A DNA stretch of 64,000 nucleotides from Chrysomallon squamiferum (Eukaryota > Animalia > Mollusca), in assembly GCA_012295275.1 (NCBI GenBank), contig CM022670.1:14694001-14758000 (forward strand). Reading direction: 5' to 3'. The position numbers and the translations under genes are program-made. Positions 54,007 through 64,000 of the stretch are shown piece by piece. A model generated the notes under the pieces. The model ran no database searches, was not told the origin of the DNA, and was given only the letters and a program-made list of their open reading frames with translations. How positions within the stretch are numbered: position 1 is the first letter of the stretch; the number at the start of each line of letters is the position of its first letter.

Positions 54007-55896
54007 AAACATAAGAAAATAGTTTTAACAATATCAGAATATACAATCTCAAAATTTTTGTAGAGTTTCGTTTGCTTATACATTAGCGTCAAATGCTCTC
54101 CGAATCCACTGCATTTGTGCTGTAGAATTTGTACGTGATTGAAAATACAAATTAAAGTGACCCTTCACCGGTAGAAATGGATTAAATTTTGTTTGTTTGT
54201 TCTTGTTTGGTTTTTTACTTGCGATTATTATCGAATGATGCTTACAAAACAAAAACAAACAAACAAACAACAACAATAAAACCAGAAAACAACAATGGAA
54301 TCGTTTGAGAAATAAAAAAGAAAACCTACACATTTTCTCTTTTTATAATGCTCATGGGTCAGTATTAGACTGGATGTTGATTGCAGAATGACACGTTACA
54401 ATGATATTCAAATTAAGTCTAAGCTGACAACTAAAGGTAAAAATTAAAATTTAAAATTTAAAAAAAAAAAAAAATAAAAAAAAAAAGACCAGACAAACAA
54501 CAAACAAATAAATAAATGCATTTTAAACATAACAACAATAATAATAAAAATAATAATAATAAACATTACAATAATAATGATAATAATCAATAAAAACTTG
54601 AATTTATTTTTAAGTATCCATCGGTCGTGAAAGATGCGATGGGTGACCAGGCGCATGCGCAACAAGAACAGGACATATAAAATTACCGCCTTTAATTACA
54701 AACGACCATCCCAGCGACAGTGACTCAGTTTCGTGTTGTTTTAATCTTTACATGAAAATAATCCTCGTTTTTGTTCATTTAGCCTATATATAGATATCGT
54801 GGGCAAGGAATTTAAATCTTTGGCCGGTATCCGTAGCTAGGTATATAAAGTTAAAAAAGGTTTATTTCAGTATCATATTCAGTTTTTCTATATATTAATA
54901 AATTTGAAGACAATCCCAAATAACAATTTGGATGTCTTAATATCCATGCGATTCGACCGCCACTATTAGTACGATAAAAAAAAAAAAAAAAAAAAAAAAA
55001 ACAGCATGCAGCTTCCAGTTGATCTTTGCGTCAAATTGTATATAACACCTAAATCAAATTTTATTACCAGTTTTTACTGTTACTGTTATAATTCGCCAGA
55101 GTTTGTACCATAGGGTCTGATAGCTGATCCAGCTAAACATGAGTTTTTAAAGATTAGTTGTTAACTGTAATTTTTATCTTTCACTAGTTTAATTGTTTGC
55201 GAAATGAGTAAATTATAAGAGCCATAATACATTTTTGTTGTTTATTGTTATTTTTTTCTTATATATTCCCTTGGGCAATATAGTCTGTAAATATAATTTC
55301 ATTTTTATATTACATTATTTTATTATCGTTCTTTTTTCCTTCACCATTATTATTATTAGTTCTATTTTAATAAATAAGTTAAATTTTATTTTAAAGTAAT
55401 TATTTTTATAAATTTTTATTTATATGTTTGTTTTTAATTTATATAAAAAATATGAAGCATCAACAGGAATTTAAATGTTACTGATGATTCGCCAAATCTC
55501 AAAAATAAATAATAATCTCAAATAAAAATCCTATCTATAGACCTTTTTCCAACCCATAAGACAGTGCGCATATACAAGTACACTGCTTTACATAATTACA
55601 ACCACTTATATCACTATTTTACGTTTACGAACTCGCACGCACGCCGCAGTTTGACGTAGTGTGAAATTTTACTTGATAATAACTTGTTTTATTATTCAAA
55701 TACATCGTAGTTGAGGACCGATAATTTATCAATATACATAGCAGCAATCGTGATAATTGCGAGACTAGGGGAGAAGAAATGGGAACAACCAGAATGATAT
55801 AAACAAACACGGAACAATCGGTCTCTAAATCATTCGAACATCGGCGACATTTTGTTTTGTTTGTTTTGTCGCGAACATAATGTTAGGAGCACTGCG

Positions 55897-55932
55897 ATTG
55901 GTCCAAATTAGAAATCGCGCTATTTATAAATA
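55897..55932 (+). promoter_or_regulatory. Putative LOX-B promoter (CCAAT and TATA)
   Basis: ATTGG 55897-55901 and TATAAATA 55925-55932 in a CpG-richer patch; possible non-coding exon ending at donor 56436/7 and a CAGCAG acceptor at 57520-57525 just before the ATG. Confidence 0.45.
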
Positions 55933-57009
55933 GGACACCGCAACCAAACCTGTAACTGACAATTTAACACGAATAATAAACCGCGCTGACACCACGCATT
56001 TGACCTCACTTTATTACTCTTTATCTTTGCCCTAATTGGTGAACTGGAGTTTTGCGGAACGATTATGTCAATTCAGAAAAGAACTTCAGCGTAAAAGTTT
56101 AAAATTAATTTGTGAAAAAATATAAATCTAGTTCAGTCTATTTTTTGTATGATGATGATGATGATGATGATGATAATAACAACAATAATAACAATAATAA
56201 TGACACAAAGAATAATAAAGAATAATACCAACAATAATGATAATATAATAATAATAATAACAACGACGACGACAGTAATAATAGATAAAAGAAATCTTTT
56301 CTTCTTCATTTACTTATGGACTGTCGCTCTCTGACAGACAATAAATCATTCGAGTACGGTCGTGATCGAGACGACTAGAGAACTGATTTCACCTTTTGAA
56401 GAGCTCTAATTTGGACAATGTTAAAACGTAAATCAGGTACGGTTTCCCAGGTGATACAAATACATACATATATAACCACTGGTTGATTGTTGTGTTTTTG
56501 TTTTTTCCCCACTGATAATTATTTTATCATATAATGATTATATATTTAAGGTATCGTTTTTCTCAAACATAATTATATCATAATTTCCTATTGCTGTTTT
56601 TGGTTTAAATCTATGCATGTTTTTTTTTTCTTCAAAACTTGATATTCTCTAACTTAGTTTAAGGAAGAAATTGCGTCATAAAGCATTACGTGATTCTCTA
56701 GTGAAATGTTACTTACTAGTCATGGCATTGCGGACTCAACGGTACCACGCATTTCCCATGACTAGCCATTAAATAGTTTTCTCATCCTTCTTCTGTAGAA
56801 TGTATTAAAGATATTTACGTGGTAAATTTGTTTTTATTATATGTGATTTTCACTATAAAAATACTAAACGATAAAAGTTTTCACCATTCTAAATCACGTT
56901 TCTAGGTTTTACGTCAGAAACTGGTAAACTCACATTCCGGCCAATATCTCGAAAGGGGGGGGGGTATTGTCTCTTTTATCACATTGGCGTGTTTGTTACA
57001 ACAACATCA

Positions 57010-57048
<39 letters not shown>

Positions 57049-57552
57049 GTAATAATAATAATAATTTTTACAAATCACTAAAGAAAAGAGATGAGTCTAA
57101 ATTTCATTTCGTATTTTCCGCATACGAAAATGTGCGTGCTTGTTAAAAAAAAAAAAAAAAAAAATATTTTATTTCCTACCGTTTTCGAATGTATAGAAAA
57201 TATATACAGTCATCCTCTTTTTAATATTCACCCCTTGAATTATTTCCTTAATTTTCTCACTGTTTCTAATCCCCATTCATATGACTGATGTGGGTATTCG
57301 TGTATAGGTGGGTTTGTATAGGTCTTTGTTGACACTATCCATTACTTGAACAATATTTTCTCGTAATAACCAAAAAATGAACGGAGTTAACACTGGAATA
57401 CGTAAATGATATTAGTTAGGTCAGATATTAATTATTAAGTGCATGTAGTTTTGTCGGTACGTGACTGCCAATTGTCACGTGGCTACCAAATATTTCCATC
57501 GATGAATTAGTGTTTCTTGCAGCAGTACTGACTGAGCTGTGCTGTGGTCAAG

Positions 57553-59628
57553 ATGGGCTGCTGTTCGAGTCGTCTAAACTCGGAATATCTCATATACATC
57601 AGAACAGGCGACAGGAAAAATGCGGGAACCGACGCCAACGTCTTCATAATCCTCCACGACGACCAGAAAAACACCTCCGATACCATCACGCTGGACAACT
57701 TTCTACGAAATGATTTCGAGCAAGGTAGGTTAGACACCTTCACGGTGCCAAAAAGCAAACTCTCTTCTCTGGGAAGAGTTGAGAAAATTGAAATCTGGAG
57801 GGACGATGCTGGGTTTGGTAGCGACTGGTATGTTGAAAGAGTTATGGTAGAAAACAGAATAACGAATGACATATCTGTGTTCCCGATATTTCGATGGATT
57901 AAACCAGATTACCATTACGTGATAAAACATCTGGACACGTCGCTTCCCCAGGACGATGATAATTCTGGCCAACGAAGCATGGAACTCGCGGAAAAGAAAT
58001 TACTCTATCAGTTTGAACAGAAACTTCCTGGATTACCTGCACAGGTAATACTTTTTCAAAATGAAATTCGTATATATATATAGATATAGATATATATAAT
58101 TTCGTAAACGTATGCTTTAAATAAATTTCAAGATATATCAGTTTATAAAAATTTAACTGATTAGTGTTTGAAGACTGAAACTAATCCAAAACGCTTAAAT
58201 AATTATGCAGTAATCAGTTTTATTGATAATTACAAAACGATTTACATAAAGATATGTTTAAATCACTAAACGACTTACATTAACATATTTTTAAATCACA
58301 AAAAGATTTACATAATGATATTTTTACATTACTTAAAGATTTACATAAAGATATTTTTTAAATCACTAAGAGGTTTACACAAAGATATTTTTAAATTACT
58401 AAACCATTTTACATAAAGATATTTTTCAATTACTAAGCGATTTACATAAAGATATTTTTAAATGTTATTTACGAATGTAATTGTTTAAGTAATTGTTTTG
58501 TGCGGTAAACACGTTTAACACATACGAATGAAAATATTTTTTTAAAGTTATGTCATCAAGCTCTGAATTTTTAAAAATTTAATCCATCAACCTGTTCGTA
58601 TTAATTTATTTATTTGGGTTTTTTGGGTTTTTTTCATTCGGAAATAGAAAAACAGATTCATTGTCTCAATTGAGACTTATTAACATATGTGTATAATTAT
58701 GTTTAAGTATTTATTTTTATTTTATTTTTTTCCCGATGATTCATAATGATGGGCCTGTTTTGTAAGATGTTAATTTAAAATGGGATATCAGATTCTCACA
58801 TCTGAATTTCTGTTCATTTCTTTTTAATGTCTCAAAACATCTGCTGTTAAATGAAGTCGAAAGAAAGTCTTCAGATAATGCAATAGGCGTAATGAAAACA
58901 CCGAGTCAAAAATATTCACACATAGGTTTTTTTTTAAATAATTATTTTAATTAATATTATCTTGAAGTATATTACAGTAATTTATACACATTAATGAAGC
59001 TTTGTCAAAGCCATTCCATAACTGTAACGCAGAGTTTAAAATAACCGGAAAGTTACGACTGAAATTGCAGATCTTCCGGAAAGCATTCGTGACATCTTGA
59101 GACTCAATCCCTTTTCATTAACAAATACGACCTAAGTATTTTCTCTCTTCCAATACTTTTGTGACAAGGTAATGTTGTGATATTTGTATACAATAATATT
59201 GTTTAAATACCACCATTACTGATATATATATATATATTATTAATACATTATATATCTATATATATTATTAATACATTATATATCTATATATATATAATGT
59301 ATTAATAATTTTGTAAAAATAATAGAAAAGTTTGAAGATCACACCCAACCACCCACACAGGCTTACCCACCCATGTGTCCCACATTATGATGAATATAAC
59401 AACAGTGGGTAGGTGGTGTACCACATTCTATGTAGAATTCTTAGATATGTCATATTCATTATGAGTTTTACATGTTCACCCTTTCACAGAAAATAGATGA
59501 AAGGAAAACTTTCCAAAATGTACAGATTTTGTTTTTAATTTTTAAAATTAAATATTGTGATAATTTCTCTAGTTGGTGGTTTATGGTTTGAAATTATACT
59601 TAAAATTATACAGATTACTGTTTTATCA

Positions 59629-59724
<96 letters not shown>

Positions 59725-59870
59725 TTTGTGTTTAAGTGTATGATTGAATTTGTGTGTCTGTGTGGGTGGGTGGGTGTATGAATGTGTGTGAGAGAGAGAG
59801 TGTGTGTATTAGTGTGGGTGTGGGTGTGGGTGTGTGAGAGAGAGAGAGAGTTTGTGTGTGTGTGTGAGAG

Positions 59871-59915
<45 letters not shown>

Positions 59916-62900
59916 CAGTGGGTGATATATGAATTCAAACAAGACAAAATATTTGCTATCACATATAGGATTTCCACCGAACATTAATATAACATGTTCT
60001 TAAACACAGTTATTTTTTCACATAATCAGCTTGTTTTTAATTTGCTGCTTGGACTATTTCCCAGTCCACTTAGTGCTCTGTTTCTAATTAATCTATGAAA
60101 GGCTGCCTTAAAGGCCGTGTTAAAAAAAAAAGTGGTTTTTTTTTTTGGGGGGGGTGTTGTTTACTTTTTTTAAATAAAAAAAATCCTTCTGGTTAATTCA
60201 TAAAATGACATTTAATAAAAATAATGTTATTAAATACTCATTCTTTCAATCTAATAAGATTCATTCAAGTGATTTACATTTTTGAAATGTGTACACATTG
60301 AGTATTTTATACATATTAAATCCCTTAAACTGGTTAGTGATATTTTAAATCAAAATACTGCCTTACTTGTATTTACTGTTAAAATAACATTTGAGCTTAT
60401 AAATACACAGTCAAGACTCTGTACCTTAATATTTTTACAAAATGTGTAATTAGATGTTTGAAAATTACATTTCAAAATTTATCTTATTAAAAATTCTTTA
60501 TATAAATGCTGAGTAAACTGGTGAACCATATAAACAGGCCTACCAGTTCTGAAAAACATGTCTTTACTTCTGACTGCCAGGTTTCAGAAAATAGATAAAT
60601 TTAAAGATAAAATAAGTTTCATGTATTTATAAAGAAGAAACTATATTAGTAGAAAAAATAAATAAATAAAAGATAAGGTGAAGGACATGGATGAACTTAG
60701 CCAGGATTCAGATAAATGTTGAGACTTTTTCTCTAGGCTGTTTGTGTGAGTTGATATGCTGGTTACTTTATATACATTTCTTTATTTATTTTTGTTCTTA
60801 TTTAATTATTTATTTATTTTTTAAGTAGTAGTAGATTCTTGTTATCTATTGTTATGTTGAGATTATATTTCACAGTATAAAAGTTAATTTATTAAGGTGT
60901 AAAAATCGACACTGAATGCTTTTTTTATATATATGATGAATATAGACTGAAGCATAAATTCTTTATAATAATCATTGTTTTATTTTTTTATTATTGTTAT
61001 GGATTGGTTTTTGTTGTTGTTGTTTATTTATTTTTATTTATTTACTTATTTATTTATTTTTATTTTTATTTTTTTATTTTTTTATTTATATACATATATT
61101 TTTTTATTATTTATTATTTATTATTTTATTTTATTTTATTTTTTTATTTAAAAAAAAATTTTTTAATGTTATTATAGTTATTATTATTAATTTTTTTTAT
61201 TTTTTATTTTTTACTTTATTTATTTATTTGGAAATTAACTGTTTGTTTGTTCTCTCCAGAAAGTTCAGAAATAAATAAAACTTTTACTAGTGTATTTACT
61301 ACAATGTTTAAAATTGTTAAATTTGTAAGAGAAAAACATTTATAATTTTTTTCTTTAATTAATCATACCTAACTGTAAAATAGGAGAACACAATTTTACT
61401 ACACATTTACTTCGTTCTGGTTAACTGGGTAAAGCACTGATCTGTAATGATGCAGTATTTTATACAAGTTTTTAACTTCAGGTAATTAAAGTTTTTTTTA
61501 CATTGAGCTCAGGATCAGAGTACAAACGTTACTCATTTGTTTGTCACACAATAAGCTTCCTGTCACCTGTACATGCCAACTTTCCCTCGTTTAAAACCAC
61601 TCAGTCGTATAACAACAACAACAACAACATCAGTTATAACACTTTCACTGACAGCAACATTATTAATAAAGTGTTCACTGACACAGCAACAACAACATCA
61701 TTAATAAAACTGTTTGTTTCTGCAGTTGGTACAACAACAACAACAATAATAAAATATCTTTATTCTTTAATTGATATGATAATAGTAGTAGTGGTGGTAG
61801 TAGTGGTGGTAATTATAGTAGTAGTAGTAATAGTAGTAGTAGTAATATTAATAATAGTAGTAGTAGTAGTAATAATAATGATAATAGTAGCAGTAGTAGT
61901 AGTGGTAATAATAGTAGTACTAGTACTAGTAGTAGTAATAGTAATAGTAATAGTAATAGTAGTAATATTAATAATAATAATAATACTAGTAGTAGTAGTA
62001 ATAATAATAATAAAGATAATAACAATTTAACTCTGTTCTACATGGTTATCTATTACATACAGGTTGTTTTTGTTTGTGTTCATTTTTGTGTGTTTGTTGT
62101 TGTTTTTAAATATTTTTGCTTTTGCTTTAAGCCATTTAATCTGGTTTGCTTCAGTGAATTAAGGTCAACATTTCTAATTTCTTTTCAGAAAAATGTACAT
62201 TAAAACGTTTTCAGTCCTTATATTGGTTGTTGACTTTTTAAAAACATTTTCTTTCTTTTGTTTTCACCTGTTTAATCATCTCCAAAACAAGAATGTGACC
62301 AAATAACAACTGAAATTTGTTTTTTAAAATCAACTATCAGTTAGTTTAGATTTGAAAGTAATGAAGATAACAGTGTCCCCAAATGACAGTTTCCTCCCCA
62401 CCAATATCTCTGATAGTAGAAAACAGTGACAAGATGTCATTTGTAATAAAAATTGGAAAAGATGATTGATTAGGTTTGTTTTAGAGGATTGCAATTTGTT
62501 TTTTAATTAAAATTTTATATCATCAATCAAAATTTAATTTTTTATTTTTATTTATTTTATTTATTTATTATTATTTTTTTTACTGTTATGTAGAACAACT
62601 TGACAAAACTTAGGAAAACTCATATTTTTATTTTCTTCAGTTTTAAAAAAAGGGATTTTTACTATTATTTTTTTTTTCTATTTTCAGATTAAGGATGTGC
62701 CACCTGATGAGCAGTTCTCCTTTGATTACAAGGTACATGTTGTTTATGTGTCATTTATTTTAACATCAGCTACTTTATTATTAACAACAACATGTAGCTG
62801 CACTCAGTGTTGATACAGAGAAAACAGAATAAAAGAAAGACTGACTCATTGTGAACAGTAGATGATATATTTGTAACATAATATTTTGTCTTTCATTCCT

Positions 62901-63479
62901 ACAAACAGATATACACAAACACATGTAATACACAGCATATACTCTTATATCTGACATATGTACACACACTAACACAAATTCATACTCTATCATACTTTCA
63001 TATATTTGCATAAAACATACTCTTACATACAGACATGCACACATTTTCTCACATAATATTTCTCTCTCACACACACACACACACACAGAAACACACACAC
63101 ACACATACACACGTATTATTAAATACATACATATTCACACATATGACATACACAGAAAGACATATGTACACACAACAAATACAGATCTAGATATCTGTGC
63201 ACAGAAAAACACTTGAAGTTAGTTGTAAAATTGTATGATCTACATGCCATGTCTAGATAACTGTAATCTGTAAATATTTTTCCTTGTGCAGGACACTGTC
63301 ACAGATTAGTTTGTTTAAAGTCACTCACTATTGCAGTTGTTCCGTTTCAGTGGGATATTGTGTCTAACAAAATCCAGCTCATAGCCATGAGCAGAATTGT
63401 CAAACTGACAGCTGGAAACTGGGAAAGTCTGTCACATCTGACAAATGTGTACACCAAAAAAATCTTCAACATTCCCCAG
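57553..63479 (+). CDS. Lipoxygenase LOX-B, 3'-partial (PLAT/LH2 domain and start of the catalytic domain), paralogue of LOX-A
   Basis: Exons 57553-58044 (MGCCSS...YIRTGDRKNAGTDANV...LDNFLRNDFEQG...SDWYV...FPIFRWI...R..EL..K...Y...PGLPAQ), 62688-62732 (IKDVPPDEQFSFDYK) and 63351-63479, which matches LOX-A 60-188 at 113/129 nt with alignable flanking introns. Confidence 0.93.
58236..58462. repeat. ~33-bp tandem repeat (~7 copies) in LOX-B intron 1
   Basis: Variants of aaacgatttacataaagatatttttaaatcact. Confidence 0.8.
59634..59913. repeat. Compound (TG)n/(AG)n microsatellite
   Basis: Direct reading. Confidence 0.95.
61780..62025. repeat. Compound (GTA/ATA/GTG)n trinucleotide tract
   Basis: Direct reading. 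Confidence 0.9.
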
Positions 63480-64000
63480 GTATGGCAATCATTACATAAT
63501 CAATAATTAGAATAGTTATTATCTTCTTTTAATATTAAATTTTTCTTATTTATTTAGTTTCATTATCATCGCATTTTCATTTTAATAGATTTTGATTTGT
63601 TTGATTTCATTATTACCTATTTTAATTTCATTATTTTTTTGTTTATTTAATTTCATTATTAGCTTATTTTAATTTTAATAGATTACGTTTATTTAATTTC
63701 ATTTTTGATAATCTGTAAAAACAGGTTTTTTTATGAATTTTACTTTCATGTAAAAACATGTTGCACTGTTAGTTTTAGTTGACACAGGATACTATCAAAC
63801 AGTAGTTCTGTTCTTTCAGTAATGTGTAATTAAGAACAACACTGAAATAAAGTGAGACATTTTCAAACATTTTACATTGTTGCATCATTCTAATATGTAG
63901 AACTACTGGTTTAGTTTGATATGTTATTCACATTATTACATTGTTCTAATATGTAGGACTACTAGTTTTAGTTTGATATGTTATTCATGTTATTCACATT

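Noticed and set aside
54651-54661. NRF1-like palindrome GCGCATGCGCA near a TATA-like motif
   Set aside because: About 2.9 kb from the nearest ATG with no linked exon; a single motif is insufficient evidence.
55900-57552. Allene oxide synthase (catalase-like) fusion upstream of LOX-B, as in coral AOS-LOX
   Set aside because: No catalase-like exons are visible between RRM1 and the PLAT exon.
61503-62030. 175-aa Val/Ile-rich ORF, and similar ORFs at 11493, 52401, 59535 and 60994
   Set aside because: Low-complexity microsatellite translations in introns or intergenic DNA.

Overview
AT-rich, intron-rich animal genomic DNA, probably from a mollusc (gastropod-like SINE, invertebrate-type lipoxygenases). 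Left to right: (1) the last 13 exons of a lipoxygenase (LOX-A, +, 60-9777), with all iron ligands intact but an in-frame TGA at 727; (2) an orphan, frameshifted first exon of a FREM2/ECM3-type gene (+, ~12955-13927) between two minisatellites; (3) a ~17-kb minus-strand gene of phase-1 exons encoding 3 CCP, 7 EGF, GCC2/3, 6 EGF, GCC2/3, 7 EGF, 2 CCP, with one frameshifted EGF exon; (4) a 19-exon RRM1 (+, 37588-49218) with paired E2F sites and a missing A at an A_AAA_AAG site; (5) the first three coding exons of a second, closely related lipoxygenase (LOX-B, +, from 57553) starting MGCCSS. Each of the four left-hand genes has an ORF-breaking lesion. Some may be assembly errors and others real decay of a duplicated block. 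All exon calls were read by hand and no database searches were run.
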